248,000 bases of DNA from contig NW_008806282.1 in assembly GCF_000400465.1 (NCBI RefSeq), forward strand, positions 20,001 to 268,000, written 5' to 3'. This DNA comes from Wallemia ichthyophaga EXF-994. Its lineage: Eukaryota > Fungi > Basidiomycota. The number at the start of each line of letters is the position of its first letter. Within the stretch, counting starts at the first letter, position 1. This document shows positions 152,168 through 165,700 of the stretch, one piece after another. The notes under the pieces are model-generated. The model did not search any database and was not told where the DNA came from. It saw only the letters and a program-made list of their open reading frames with translations. The translations under genes and the position numbers were made by a program.

Positions 152168-154294
152168 TCACCCCTCCATCTCGAGCTTCTTCTGTCGTTT
152201 TTGCCTCTCGCGCTTACCGATTTTCTTCTTCTTGGGTGGTTGAGGTAGTGCAGACGAATCGATATCGCCATCACCCTCGCGCGGCCTCTTTTTACCGTCA
152301 TGCTTATCATGCTTGCGGTGCTTGAAGTCTTTTGAATCTTCTCCCCATGCCGGTCTATCATTATTTACCTTATGTTTGAATTCTCGCACACGCGACATCA
152401 TCCCATTCGCATATTTTCCTTTACCAGAGTTAGCGATTCTATCTTTACGGTAGGGTGCCATTCTCTTCACGCGCATCAGTCGCGTCAGATCTCTGTCATC
152501 TGCCCGGAGTATCTCATCCGTGTTGAGACCATAGCTGTCAGGAACGACGTTTGTGTATTTGAATCTCGTCTTGAGATCTCCAATTGTATCTTCGTAATCG
152601 AGTTTGTAATACTCATCTAGCCACTTTTCAAGAGCTGCTTGTCTTTCCTCTGCTGTTGCTGGCATTGGTTCTTCTTCTTGTGGTTGATGTGTTAAGTGGT
152701 CAGCATCCATATCCATATCAACATCATCTTCATCGTATCCCTCTTTAGTTGCACCCTTGGCATCCGCTTTTGCCTTCTTCTTGGCCTTCTTACGCTCACG
152801 TTTCGACATGGTGACCTTTCCGTCGTTTTGGTCATCTTGGTCATTATAGTCCGCATCCATGTTGATCGGTGTGGAGTCATCCTGTGGGTCATCCTGTGCG
152901 ACGATATCGTCAATATCAATATCATCCTCCCACTGCGGTTTTTCCTCGTCAAATTCACCCTCGTCACCCTCCTCATCATACTCATTCTCATATGCATCCC
153001 GCATAGCTTTATCGTGAGCTTCCGGATCAAACTCTGCATCAAGATCTAAGTGTTCAAATTTGGCAGCATCTTCACCAATAGCAGCAAGACGAGATTTAAT
153101 GTCATCTTTCTTAAGTGATTTGAGACGCTTAAGGTCCTCTTCACGTTGACGCTTTTCAACCTCCTTGCGCTCCTTTTTGGATGCACGCTGTTCTTTCCTC
153201 TTGTTGTCAGAACGACGAACAGTAGATTCAAGTTGTCTTGAGTGGGTTTTGATGTCATCAGCATTGGGTTCTTCAAAGCGAAAGTTATATCTATGTTCAA
153301 AGTCATCTGCATAGTCTTCAAAATCATCGTCATCTTCGAGGAGCTCATTGTCAGCGTTTGCACCGGATAAATTAAAAGAGTGACCCTTTTCAGCAGCTTT
153401 TTGGTTGGAAATTGGGACATCTTTTGGTACAGAGGTTGAAGAACCAGGCATCCAGCCCTGATTCAAGATGTAATCCATTAAAAATTGATCGTCTTTAGCT
153501 TTTTGATAGGCTTTTGAGGGTGTTTTGAGTGATTTTTCTTGGTTGTCTGGTTTTTCAGATTTAGCAGCTTTCTTGGCCAGCTTCTTTTCTTCTTTTGTGG
153601 GATTGGGATTGGATGCGTTGTCGATCTCTTGCTGAGTGCTAGATATACGCACATCATCCAAACCCAAAGCTTTTCTAATCTCATCTTCACCGACGTTATC
153701 GAGGAGGAATTTCTTGTAAGAGTTGCGTGATTGAAAGTCGTCGTCATCTTCAACAGATTTAGGCTTAAGGAAGTCATCTTGGTCTTCGTTGTCGTCATTA
153801 CCGCTGTGAAAAGCGGAAGTTACTTCTTTCTTGAGGTTCCTCTGTTCTTGGGCGTGGGTGGGGAGGGTGACAGGGTTGTTATCGTCATCACCCTCTTCAT
153901 CACTACCAAAATCACCTTTAAGGAGTTTCTGCCTCTCAAAATCAGCGAGGGTAACTGGTTTGCCTGATAATTTGGTACGCTTAGAGGTGAGTTGAGCAGC
154001 TTTATCTTTCAAAGCTGCCTGTTCCTCCTCGAAAACCTTTTTATCAGAGTAGATGGAGGGATCTTTAGATTTTAAGAGAGAGAGAGTTTTGAGGAGAGCA
154101 GCATCGATATCCGGGGTTAGCTGATCGCCCTGCTCATCCTCGTCAGACTGATCACTATCACTCGATTCATCTGATTCCTCCTTGTATTTCTCTTGTAAGC
154201 GCTGTAACTCTGCTCTCTTGTGATTATGTGTAAATCTATCTGCAAATTCCTTGTTTATCGATAAATCATCCACGCCATCCAAATCCAAATCCAT
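152168..154294 (-). CDS. KRI1: 40S biogenesis factor Kri1
   Basis: INKEFADRFTHN, YNFRFEEP, LDYEDTIGDLKTRFKY. Confidence 0.92.
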   Translation of the reverse strand: MDLDLDGVDDLSINKEFADRFTHNHKRAELQRLQEKYKEESDESSDSDQSDEDEQGDQLTPDIDAALLKTLSLLKSKDPSIYSDKKVFEEEQAALKDKAAQLTSKRTKLSGKPVTLADFERQKLLKGDFGSDEEGDDDNNPVTLPTHAQEQRNLKKEVTSAFHSGNDDNEDQDDFLKPKSVEDDDDFQSRNSYKKFLLDNVGEDEIRKALGLDDVRISSTQQEIDNASNPNPTKEEKKLAKKAAKSEKPDNQEKSLKTPSKAYQKAKDDQFLMDYILNQGWMPGSSTSVPKDVPISNQKAAEKGHSFNLSGANADNELLEDDDDFEDYADDFEHRYNFRFEEPNADDIKTHSRQLESTVRRSDNKRKEQRASKKERKEVEKRQREEDLKRLKSLKKDDIKSRLAAIGEDAAKFEHLDLDAEFDPEAHDKAMRDAYENEYDEEGDEGEFDEEKPQWEDDIDIDDIVAQDDPQDDSTPINMDADYNDQDDQNDGKVTMSKRERKKAKKKAKADAKGATKEGYDEDDVDMDMDADHLTHQPQEEEPMPATAEERQAALEKWLDEYYKLDYEDTIGDLKTRFKYTNVVPDSYGLNTDEILRADDRDLTRLMRVKRMAPYRKDRIANSGKGKYANGMMSRVREFKHKVNNDRPAWGEDSKDFKHRKHDKHDGKKRPREGDGDIDSSALPQPPKKKKIGKRERQKRQKKLEMEG

Positions 154295-154377
154295 CTTCGT
154301 GCTCGTCGTGCTCTTTGAACCCGTAACATCAACTTATAAAATATAAAAATATAAAAAAATAATCAAAATTTAAAATT

Positions 154378-156304
154378 ATGTCCACTGGCTCCACTCGCTC
154401 ATCAGAGGATGGCGATATAGGCACTCTCCCCAGCCCATCTACCTACGACATGGATAGGCTGGTCGACAATGTAAATCTAAAGAGATTCTCTCTTAAGCCC
154501 AGGTATAGTCGGAGGCTATCTAATCACAGATTATCTTATCTTAATCCATCCAATCCATCGAAACCATCCGGGTCATCCAATCTCAGCCCAGTACCTTCAC
154601 AGCCACAGCCACCACCCCCGAAATCGATCGATGAAATTATAAGAACCCATTCACCTCTACTAAACGTTAAAACCCAGGCTGAAAAAGACGCTGACTCTCT
154701 TTTGCCCGATAAGAATCCACCCACTCCGCCCATAAAGTCTATCAATGACATCATCAACCAGCACTACTCCTCTCTATCTAGCAGGCATGTCACCTACGAT
154801 GACAGTGAAAGTGGTGGTGACAGTGGTATTGAAAGTGGTGGTGATGGTGATGGTGATGGTAATAGCGATAGTGAAACTGACAGCCACAAACCCACACCCA
154901 TTCCCACCACTCCTACACCCACTCCCTCCCTCGCCCCCAAATCCTGGATCGCCCAATACCTCCGCCAACCGCAACTAACGCGACTGCTCAAGCTACGCCG
155001 TCATCCCCACTCTGGTCTCCAAGTATCCCTATGCGATTTAGGCGACAGCAGAGGCAACCCTGTTCTAATTTACCTAGGGCTCGGCTGTACGCGTCATCTG
155101 ATAGCGCTCTACGCCGATCTAGCGAGCACGCTCAACCTGCGCCTAATCTGCGTTGACCGGTGGGGGTTAGGCCGCACGGACGCGTCCACCTCTACGCAGC
155201 GAGGGCTACTCGAATGGGCGAGTGTGATAGAGGAGGTTCTCGATAGCCTCCGCATTCAACGCGTAGCCCTTCTCGCTCACTCCGCCGGTGCGCCGTATGC
155301 GCTTGCACTCGCCCACGCCGCTCCCCAACGCATAGCTCTGCCTATCACCCTCCTCGCGCCGTGGGTGCATACGGAGACGCACACCAGTGCTGGTCGCTGG
155401 CTCAGACATGTCCCGAAGCCCCTCCTACGCGCAGCTCAGGTGGCTGAGTGGACAGTCGCCGGCTGGAGTATTGGCAAGCCGCCCCAAGTCAAGTATGAGG
155501 GTGTTGAGGGGGGTGTGGGCTTGAGTGTGGGTGGGGGAGTTAGTGGGACTAGCGACCACAACAACAACAATAACACTAACACCAATGCTCTTGATAGCGG
155601 CGTCGAAAGGAGCCACTCGCATCCTACTGTTCCTACTGTCTCCAAGCTAGCTGGTGCGTATCTTTTTATATTTGCGTTTGAGTGCGTTGAATTCTCATTG
155701 ACCACCCCACACAGCGCACTCAACCCACTCAACACACCCCAGTATCAGGTCCTCCAGCGCTAATAGCGTCAGACGTCTGCGCAAAGTGTCGCTTGTTAAT
155801 AGCAGCCGGAGCAGCAGCAGTAGTAGTAGCAGTGGTGGCAGCATTCGTAGCAGTTATAACAACAACAACGAGAGCAACAAAAATGGCACACATAGGCCAT
155901 TCAATACACTCAACGTGCCCACCACACCAAATGCACCCAACAAACCCATCGCAAACACACTCACTCACAGCGAAGAAAAACAGGTCTCCGTCGGAAGCGC
156001 CCTGCTCGCAGCTTCGCATGCCGAGTCACATTCAGGCGGCGGGCCTGCACATGACCTCCTCCTCATACTCAACCGCGGTGCTAAACCGTGGGGATTCGAT
156101 TACCGGGATATCTCAGCAAGCGTGCACGTCTACTGGGGAGACAAGGACGATAGGATCTCTGAAGATGCCGTGCAATGGATGGAAGAGAACATGACTAGTT
156201 GCAAACTAACTAAACTACCAGGCAAGACGCATTCATTGCTGACTGATCCCATTGTCATTGCAGATGTGTTGGAGAATTTGGCTGACAAGTACAGTACGAG
156301 ATGA
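154378..156304 (+). CDS. Alpha/beta hydrolase
   Basis: CVDRWGLGRT, AHSAGAPYAL, PWGFDY, GDKDDRI. Confidence 0.75.
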
Positions 156305-156398
156305 GTTAGTATAGATAATTGATAATTGATAGACATACCCAAATTAAATTGGATTAATTGTATTTTTACACATACATTACAACTTATATAATTGACAT

Positions 156399-158201
156399 TT
156401 ACTCGGCATTTGCGCGCTCAATATCCACCCAACTCTCCAGCGAGTAGTTGAGTTTGTTGAGGTCCTTCCAATCATGCCGGGCCACTGAGCCCGTTTCATC
156501 CCACTCCCAGGCCGTGCTCATCAAGCTCGCGTCAGTCGGTGACCAGCTGACGTCACGAACGATAGGGCGCCTGGCACGAGCGCGACCGGAAGCAGGAGCA
156601 GAAGTATTTCTGACACTCGCACCAGCCGCTTCAGGTGCGCTAGGATCGTTAAATTCGCCACTCGCATCCACCATATCCAATGCACTCTTACGATCAACAA
156701 CCTGCACTAGCTCACCAGAGACGTTCCAGATATAAATATTCCCATCAGCTGAACCCGAATACACATAGCGACCACCGGTGGTATCGTCCGGGGAGAAGCG
156801 AGCGCGTATGAGGGTGCGCGCGACAGTGTGACCCTGTAGTCTAACGAGGGAGTGATCCTGTGGATGAGCGTCGTACGCGGGTTTGGGTGTGAATGAACTC
156901 CTATAATCGTAACCTGGTATACTGAAGTTTTCCGGTGGGGCTACTTTATCGGAATCGTCGAAATCGTCACTGCTCACCATTCTCCGTAGATCCCAAATAC
157001 GCACAGAGGAGTCTTTACCGTTGGTGAGTACATTTCGCTCGTTGCCTTTCGGAGACACATACGTAATGCCCTCGGTATGTCCAACTAGCACCCCCGATGG
157101 CTTTGCGTGGCTCGTCAATGCACGTCGGTCCCACACCTTGGCCACACAATCGTCCGACCCCGACACGCAGATGTTGGAGGAAACATCAGCGAAACAAACC
157201 GCATTTACATCCGCCATGTGCCCCTCGAGCGAGAGGAGCTTCTTGCGCGCTTCGACGTCGTACACATACATTGTGCCGTCAGCAGCTCCAGCGACTATTT
157301 CCTTGCAGTCACTAGAGAACCTCACAGACCATATTCCATAACCATACCCGTAGTCATCTGCGCCGTCATCGCTGAACGACAGTGGGATAGGCTGGGCGGG
157401 ATTGTTTAGGTTGACAAGATGAGCTACAGGCGAAATGCGCGAATATACCAGCCATTCCTTGTTATGCGACAGGTTGGCATCCGTCACAGTCCATCCGGAG
157501 GGATTGGCGGAGACGCGTGCAAGATAGCCCATAGTAGTCTCATGCTCCTCGACATAAAACTCATCCTCGCCCTGCATGCCCGAGTGAGGTGCCCGCAGAG
157601 GCTCTTGAGGCTTGTAAACGTTAATGTTAAAGTTCCTGTCGGCGGTATAAAAGAGCTGGCCATCGCGGCTGTGCTCGCCGGAGTAGACAGGTGCGTTATT
157701 GCGTGCGACGACACACCCACTCGAGTTAGGCACAACAGCGAGATATTCCGGCCGTAATCGACTCTGCAGTCGTGTCCGATTCCTTATGCTCCCTTGGAGG
157801 GACACGGGCGTGCGTGTGCACCCGAACATGCCACTTTGCGCCAGCTTGACTCCCTCAGGCTGGGTAGTTGACGGTGTGGGGACGTATCGCTGTGACATAT
157901 CGGGCATGCGCGCCTGCCACATTAACCCATCGCCGTCGTCGCTCACGAATACATGTCGACCAGTTCCGGCACGTGCATTGCGAAGGAGCATCTGCAGTAT
158001 CGACAGCCGCGCACCGTGGTCTCCGTCTTCATCAGCTATCTCGTCATTCGTCGAATCCTGCAGTAGCATGTCGTCGAGCAGCGCCTGCGATGAGCGCCGT
158101 TGGAGCACTTGATCCATGTCTATGAAATCATCTGAATCCTCGTCGTAGCTGCCGTCGTAGTAGCTTTCTTCGTCGTCGCTTGCTGCATTTATTTCGCTCA
158201 T
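156399..158201 (-). CDS. WD40 protein DCAF11/WDR23-like
   Basis: SGSDDCVAKVWDRR, GHTEGITYV, GHTVARTLIRARFSP. Confidence 0.85.
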   Translation of the reverse strand: MSEINAASDDEESYYDGSYDEDSDDFIDMDQVLQRRSSQALLDDMLLQDSTNDEIADEDGDHGARLSILQMLLRNARAGTGRHVFVSDDGDGLMWQARMPDMSQRYVPTPSTTQPEGVKLAQSGMFGCTRTPVSLQGSIRNRTRLQSRLRPEYLAVVPNSSGCVVARNNAPVYSGEHSRDGQLFYTADRNFNINVYKPQEPLRAPHSGMQGEDEFYVEEHETTMGYLARVSANPSGWTVTDANLSHNKEWLVYSRISPVAHLVNLNNPAQPIPLSFSDDGADDYGYGYGIWSVRFSSDCKEIVAGAADGTMYVYDVEARKKLLSLEGHMADVNAVCFADVSSNICVSGSDDCVAKVWDRRALTSHAKPSGVLVGHTEGITYVSPKGNERNVLTNGKDSSVRIWDLRRMVSSDDFDDSDKVAPPENFSIPGYDYRSSFTPKPAYDAHPQDHSLVRLQGHTVARTLIRARFSPDDTTGGRYVYSGSADGNIYIWNVSGELVQVVDRKSALDMVDASGEFNDPSAPEAAGASVRNTSAPASGRARARRPIVRDVSWSPTDASLMSTAWEWDETGSVARHDWKDLNKLNYSLESWVDIERANAE

Positions 158202-158372
158202 CACGGTTCGGTGGCAAAGCCATGACACCATCACAGGCACCAGAGCAATATCGAGAATATGGCGTCTGCATGTGTGTTTGTGTGTATGTTTATGTGTATT
158301 TATATTTATATTTCGCATATTTCGTGTATCGCATATATTATCTGGAACGCATCCACAAGTGTCTCAACATGG

Positions 158373-159533
158373 CTACACCCTCCACTGTCCGTAAAGGATT
158401 CCTCTAGAGATAGAGAACGGTATCATATCAGGCGTACACAGCCCCGAGCTCACGAACTCGTCGAGGAACGGTCTGCTAGTGATGCCTACGAAGATAGCCG
158501 TGTAGATATAACCGAGCAGCTTTCTAGATGAGGTAGCAGGCGACTGCGCGAGTGTGTTCCCGAACACGAGATACTCCACTACAATGCCGACAGCCTGTAC
158601 GACAAAGAAGCAGAACTGACCGCGGCCCAGTCCCGCCAGAACATATGCACCCATCGCGTGACTGGCGCCCGTGAGGCTGAATGCGACTACCAGCTTCACA
158701 GGTACGTGTGCGCGCTCTGGAAACACGCTAGCTATGTTGTCGCCGTAGAATTTGATCGTCTGTCGGAATACACTGTGCCACCCAACAGCCCATAGCCGCC
158801 CTATCGACCACGCTTCAGTTAGGTTGAAGAAGGGCGGCCAGTCGCGCGGACTGCTCACTCCAACACCGACACATACCACCGATGCGCTCAGATTGAACGC
158901 GTTGATGGCAGAGTAAGCGACGCCGCCGAAAAATGCCAAGTGGAATGCTTGTAAGAGGACTGGCTGCGCGGCTATCGGACGCAGTGTGAGTATGTCGTAG
159001 GGCGGAGTGTGCAAGTATGTCTCGAATGCATCTATGATGAGGATGTGCATCGCTATAACAGCAAGACGCTCGGCTATAAACCGCTTCCAAGTCTTGTCAC
159101 CCTCCGTTTCTACACCCTGCTTATCGATCCGACGCGCCCATTTCCAGTGTATGCCGCGTGGATTTGAGAGGAGATCGGCAAAGAACACAATTCTCTCCCA
159201 CAACCCAGCCGGAGGAGGTCGCTCAATTCCCCGCGCATCTAACTTGACGAGCCTTTTCTCCACATCGACGCTAAGCAGATATCCCGCTATCATGAGAGCG
159301 TATATCTGCGCATTGCCAACCATGTACGCACTGATCGGATCGGGTTGGCGGAGATATACCAGTGGATATACTGTCGTGGCGAAACACACGGGTATGCCTA
159401 TGATTCTGCGCAGATGCAGCGGGAGGAATAGCAGCGAGCCTGTTATCACAATATACGGCAGAGGCAATAGCCAGAGAGCTGCCACTGGTTTCGAAGTGTC
159501 CAGCTCGGGTAGCTGCGGTGGTGCGAGCCTCAT
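158373..159533 (-). CDS. Wax synthase / MBOAT_2 acyltransferase
   Basis: DWPPFF..SIGRLWAVGWHSVFR, AFSLTGASH, FFVVQAVGI. Confidence 0.75.
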   Translation of the reverse strand: MRLAPPQLPELDTSKPVAALWLLPLPYIVITGSLLFLPLHLRRIIGIPVCFATTVYPLVYLRQPDPISAYMVGNAQIYALMIAGYLLSVDVEKRLVKLDARGIERPPPAGLWERIVFFADLLSNPRGIHWKWARRIDKQGVETEGDKTWKRFIAERLAVIAMHILIIDAFETYLHTPPYDILTLRPIAAQPVLLQAFHLAFFGGVAYSAINAFNLSASVVCVGVGVSSPRDWPPFFNLTEAWSIGRLWAVGWHSVFRQTIKFYGDNIASVFPERAHVPVKLVVAFSLTGASHAMGAYVLAGLGRGQFCFFVVQAVGIVVEYLVFGNTLAQSPATSSRKLLGYIYTAIFVGITSRPFLDEFVSSGLCTPDMIPFSISRGILYGQWRV

Positions 159534-159609
159534 AAACGTAAAGAATCAACAATATAATCATTCATCAACACAATCAATACATTCTCCACTGCTTCATTAT
159601 ACTTATTAA

Positions 159610-161652
159610 TCACTTTTCACCATGCGTCGGCTCTATTTTGTCAGCAGCCTTCTCAAGCACGGCCTGCGCGAAAGGCTGTGTTGGACCAGAATGTATTGGG
159701 GACGAGTCACTGTCCACGCGAGGACTCAATACGCCGTCTCTGATAACCAATGGTGGCGGGTCTGTTGGTTTAGGCTCCCAGAATTTGAACGAGCGCGAGT
159801 GAACGCCGTAAGCAGTAGGAACCATCTCGATAAGTTCACCGCGAGGTCTGCGAAAAGGCGTTATTAGGCGATGGTTGACAGATCAGCTTTATGCACCACC
159901 TACATTTCAACGTTTGGAATCTCAGAAGGTGGTAATCCTGTTAGATATGCGATGAGACAACGAATAACAGATCTGCACCTCAAATTAGTTGCGTTCATTC
160001 TCCTCAATATACCGCACTCACGCATGACAAATAATCAACAGATCATCTTGCTCTCTCTCCAATTCGAATATAACAGGCTCGAGTCTGACGCACAAATCGT
160101 GGTATGATTCTCCCCTTGGCGTTCTAAACGAGTAAGGTGCTTTGAGAGACGAATGCCAGTCGTTAGGGAACTGCTCCCTAAACTCCTCTGGACCAACACC
160201 ATCCAAGACACCGGGGTTAATTTCCGACATTTGCGCCCTTTCATGCACTCTATAACCCAATCTCACGAATGGCCATGCGGAGTGATATGAGCGACGGCGA
160301 GTAGATGTCCAGACCTGTATAATGTGATGTAATGCAATGTGAGGTGAGCTTGGTTGAGCAGCTATACGAATCCACCCACCGAGAACTTTCTGTCATTCTT
160401 AGGCGCTCTTGACTCGCCCCTCTCCTTGCGCTTCTGGCGCTGTTTGTCCAGGATGAAATCGGCCAGCTGGCTGGTGCTGTGTTAGGCAAATGCAAGACAA
160501 AGAAAACTAAGCAGCAAACGTACTCGGCATAATCCCAACCAGCTGCAGCTAAATCTGAATCAGCCTTGTACGAGTGCTCGACAATAGACTGCCCATTTCT
160601 TGCAAAGTAAATCGTGCGTGGTTTATTGTGAATGTTCATCAGATAAAAAACAATACGTGACTGTATGTACACCTTAGCGATGTTTTAGCGACAGTAGCCC
160701 AACTCACCTGCAGATATCCTTCAATTTTGTTGACGATAATTCTTTGGCCGGAATTCCATATCTTTACGTAAGGGAATGACTCCTGGACTGTCTCATACTG
160801 GTCCTCGTGTTCGCGAATCCTCTTCCAGTAATCTTGAACTGCTTTTTCTGAGTCCCATTTGTCGTACTTCATAGGGCTGTCAGATGGGGCTATTAAGCAC
160901 CGCTCAACTTACGTCTGGTGAACTGATCTTGACCTGTGAGACATATTAGCACGGCTGCTTGGAAAAACACAACTCAAACGCACATTGCGGATGTTAGCTT
161001 CTACAGTCTCGGCTTGATCGCAGAGGCATTCTGGGCGTTTATTTTGTGAGATGTGTTGTTGATGTCACAGAGTATCACCTACCGAGGAAGATGACATGTA
161101 CACCAAGACCCTCAGAGCCGAAACGCTTAAGAATTTGTTCTCTACCAGCGGCGCCAGAGTTGTTTGCATCATAAATGGCCACCTGACCGCCGTTATTTAC
161201 GAAAAAGTCCTGGATGTTGCCCTGGAGCTCATCGACGACCCTGTCACGGAGCTTCTCAGTCTCTTGTGATTTACCAGTGGGGAGAAAGTAGTCAGGTGGG
161301 AGATCCTTAGCGCGTCCGACAGTCTGGCGTCTGTGGTCGCCGAGGGAGAAAGTGCCAACTTTGACACCAAGCCAGCGAATGTAACGCTCAATAGATCTTG
161401 ATACGTGGGTTTTACCTCTGTAGGGAAATCGTGTGAGATATTACTTCGTAACTAGGCTCACACCCACCTTGCTGGCAGACCTGAGTGGATTCGATTAGAT
161501 TAAGTCATCGATGGAGATATTTAAACGCACCGACAGCGACAATGAGCAGATTTCCTTGGTGCCACAGTTTTCCTGAGCTTGTGGTGTATAACGGGGCTGT
161601 AGAAGCATAAGGCTACGTGTACACTCGCTGCTACTGGCGTCTCACCAGCCAT
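159610..161652 (-). CDS. 6-phosphofructo-2-kinase/fructose-2,6-bisphosphatase
   Basis: VGLPARGKTH-type P-loop, AIYDANNS, YFARNGQS, RTPRGESYHDL. Confidence 0.85.
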
Positions 161653-161680
161653 GATTGTATAGGAGGAAGAACTAAATGAA

Positions 161681-162696
161681 TTAATTGCGCTTTGATTGTA
161701 CATATGATTCAGTGTAGTGCAGTACCTTGTCTGCCATTTGATCTGCTGTCGTGTTCTTTCCAAACGCCTCCACAAACTCGCCATTTGGATCCATCAAGTA
161801 CATGAAAATGGAGTGATCAACGAGCTGTGATGGTTTGTTAGGCTGGAGATAGAGTAGAGCCATTTAAACACCCACGTAGTCGTCTTTTGGTGATATATTT
161901 GGCGGTGTAGAGAAGTATACCCTGTATACCTTGCAAGCGGCCTTTACATTCTCCCAAGGACCCGTAAGACCGAGCATACGAGGATGGAAGCCTGTAGTGC
162001 GCTTAGTGTGCATGTTTCTAATTGACGCGTGTCCCACCTTCCAAGTATTTCCGTGTTTGTGCAGTTGTGTCTCTCGCAGGATCGCATGAAATGAAAACAG
162101 GCTGAACAATCTGACCGAGTTTAGCATCTTGGAAGTGCATGAGATTCGCCTGTATTCAAGCACATCGTTCTACCCACCGACTTTGTCAACTACAGCGCCC
162201 ATTTTGTCCAACTCATCGGGGCAAATATCCGGGCAATTGGTGAATCCAAAGTAGACGAGACTAAATCTGCCAAGAAGATCCTCGTGTGTCACGCTGTTTT
162301 CAGTCTTTGCGTCTATCAGATTGAATGGGCCACCGATCTTTGGCTTTCCGAGTTTCTCAGACTCGCTGGTTTTGCGCTCTAAAGAAGCGTCAGCGGCGAG
162401 AGCAGATAGCAGTAAACAACCAACTTTTGCTCTCCTCGACTTGTGCCTTTGCTTTGTTGAAATACCAGTAGAGACCAGCGCCGGTGCCGACGAAGAGGGA
162501 AGCAGAGATCCAATTAAATGGCTGTGTAGAGTACCAATGAGAATATGAAAGCATGGAAAACACCACGCACGCCGACATACGCCTTATCTCTCTGCTGAGA
162601 TTTAGACTGTATCCATCTCCTCGAAGCAGCTCGATTGAGATTGCCAGTTACATTTATACGCCCAGCACGCTTAAGTAAATTATTATATTTTAACAT
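161681..162696 (-). CDS. SCO1: Copper chaperone Sco1/2
   Basis: IGGPFNL, YFGFTNCPDICPDEL, DHSIFMYLMDP. Confidence 0.92.
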
Positions 162697-162749
162697 ATAT
162701 CCTTCTTGGTCTCCTACTACAACGAGTATTTTCACGTTAAGTATTCCAG

Positions 162750-165700
162750 ATGACCGCGAGTGGTGGCCACCCAACCAAAATCAAATTATCAACGAGATCG
162801 CTGCGATCTCAGCAGCCCCAAGAGATGGAGCTTACAGATACAGCCACCGATACCCACGATCATCTCCCGGCAGCCACTGATCCCGATCTCGACGAGCCAC
162901 ACACGTATCACCAAGATGCTTATCAAGAAGATGACCAAATCCAGCAGCAGGCGCAGGCACAGCTCGAGCCACAGAATGTCTCTGGATCTGAATTTGGTGA
163001 TGAGGATATTCCTGAGCCAGAGCAGTCTGATTACGACGACGATCTCACTCCTCCTCCAAAGCGCGCTGGTAGAACTTCCACTCGACGTGCACCGCCTAAG
163101 AAACGCGCTGTCGAGGAAGAATACCAAGACGACGGCAGTGAATATGAAAGTGATGAATACAATGGTGTGTTTCCCCTTTCACCATTTTCCATTTCTCACT
163201 TTATTCAGCTAGAAGAAGCCGTCCAACACGCGGTCGCCCCTCCACCCGTAGCCGAGTCCACCATTTCGTTCAATTCGACGGCGGCGATGGTGACGACGAG
163301 GAGTTTTCTCTGCGTGGCAATCGTCGTCGTTTGCGAAATGCTGGCGACGATCCACCTGAGCCTGTCACTCGCTCAAGCAGACAGTCACGATCTGTGGTGC
163401 CCTATTTCCCTCCAAAAGAAGTCATACAGGAGCGCCACGAAAAGCTTGCCAATGAGCGTGCCGATAGAGCTGAAAGAAGGAGGACTATCATGTATACGGA
163501 TGACGAAGACGACGACTCCCCAGAACGTCGCAACTACTCTCTTAGAACAAGACGTGAGCGTCCCAATTACGTTCTTCCTCCTCCTGTCCTTGATGTCAGA
163601 GAGCGTCCTGAAAAGATTGGCCGCTTGCCTTCCTTCACTGCTCTTCAACACCCCAGTATCGACTTGGTGCCTTGGAACCGTCGTGGTGGTCTTGATGACT
163701 CCGACACCGTGAGTATTTCTTACCTATTACACTCAATACTCACCTCCCATAAGGACGATGACCTTTCGCCCAGAAAACGCCCTCAACCTGCACCTGCAAA
163801 TCTGGCCGGTGGCGGTGGTGGGCTACTAGCGCCAGGAGAAGGCATGGGAATGGACAATTTAGGCACAGGTGGTCCTAGCAACCTGGGTAAGATCGGTGAT
163901 GCAGCATTCGCCGATACAGATCCACTCGGTGTGAATACAAAGATCTCATTCGAGTCTATTGGTGGTCTAGATGAGCGTGAGTAGCAGGTGTACTTTCTAA
164001 TAAGCATCTCTGACACCCTCAAGATATCCGACAACTCAAGGAAATGGTTTCTCTCCCACTCCTATATCCCGAAGTTTTTCAACGTTTCAGCATCACTCCT
164101 CCACGAGGTGTCCTCTTCCACGGTCCACCCGGCACTGGTAAAACGCTGATAGCTCGCGCTCTTGCAGCAAGCTGCTCGAGCGAGAATCAAAAAATATCTT
164201 TCTTCATGCGCAAAGGTGCAGACTGTCTGAGCAAATGGATTGGAGAAGCTGAACGTCAACTGCGACTATTATTCGATGAGGCCAAGGCATGTCAACCGTC
164301 TATCATCTTTTTTGATGAAATAGATGGTCTTGCGCCGGTGCGTTCTTCGAAACAAGAGCAGATCCATGCATCTATCGTGTCAACCCTCCTCGCTTTGATG
164401 GACGGCATGGATGGACGTGGGCAGGTTATTGTTATCGGCGCTACCAATCGCCCTGATGCTGTTGATCCTGCTCTTCGCCGTCCGGGCAGATTCGATCGAG
164501 AGTTCTACTTCCCTCTGCCAAATGAGAAGGCGCGGAGTAAAATAATAGAAATCAACACCAAAGATTGGAATCCTCCTCTCGAGCCTCAATTTCTAGATAA
164601 GCTTGCAAATCTCACTAAGGGCTACGGGGGTGCTGATATTCGCGCTCTCTGTACTGAGGCTGCACTAAACGCTGTTCAGCGTAGGTATCCGCAAATCTAC
164701 AAGACGAACGACAGACTGCTTCTCGACCCGAAAAGCATAAACGTACAAGCCAAAGACTTCATGAGGTCTATCAATAGTAGGTGTGATGAAATGAATAGCG
164801 TGGTTTACTAACACGATTTTAGAGCTAACACCGTCGTCTGCGCGCTCAAGTGCCACGTCGGCAGCACCCCTCCCCCACCATCTTACACCCTTGCTTGGTG
164901 GTGCACTAGATGAATCGAAGAAGGTAGTCGACAAAGTGATTCCACGCACTGAAGAGAAGAGCGTAATCGAAGAAGCCGAATATGAAGATGACGTTGGTGA
165001 AGATGGTGGCTTCTCACTTGAGGTGATGCGCCAAAACATGAACTCGATGCGCACATTCCGTCCAAGGATGATGGTTTATGGAGAAGAAGGTATGGGACAG
165101 GCCTTCATAGGTCCTGCACTTCTGCATTATTTGGAAGGGTACAACGTACAATCGCTAGATCTGGCTACACTGCTCAGCGATTCGACGCGCACTGTCGAAG
165201 CCGCATGTGTACAGCTAATACTCGAAGCGAAACGTACAAAACCATCCATTATATACATACCAGCGTTACATGAATGGTGCAATGTTATTTCAGAAGCGGC
165301 AAGAGCAACTGTAACAGCACTCCTCAATACTATATCCCCATCAGATCCTATACTTGTTCTCGCAATGCTAAACAATAGTCCTGATGAGCTGCCACGAGAT
165401 GTAAAAAGATGGTTCGGTTTTGGCAGAGACTCTAAAGTCGCTTTGAATGGTTTCTCAGAGGAGCAAATTACAGAGTATCTGATGGAATTGATCAATATGA
165501 TCAAACTTAAACCATCTCAATTTCCAGATACGGGAAGGCGTAAAAAACGTAAATTGGAAATACTTCCAGTAGCGCCCCCGATGAAACCACGCGAGCCTAC
165601 TGACAGAGAGCTGAATGCGCTGCTCGAAAATGATGCTAGAATTCGTGAGCATCTTAAATGGAGATTAGGTGCTGTGCTCGAGCAGCTCAAGAAGAAGTTT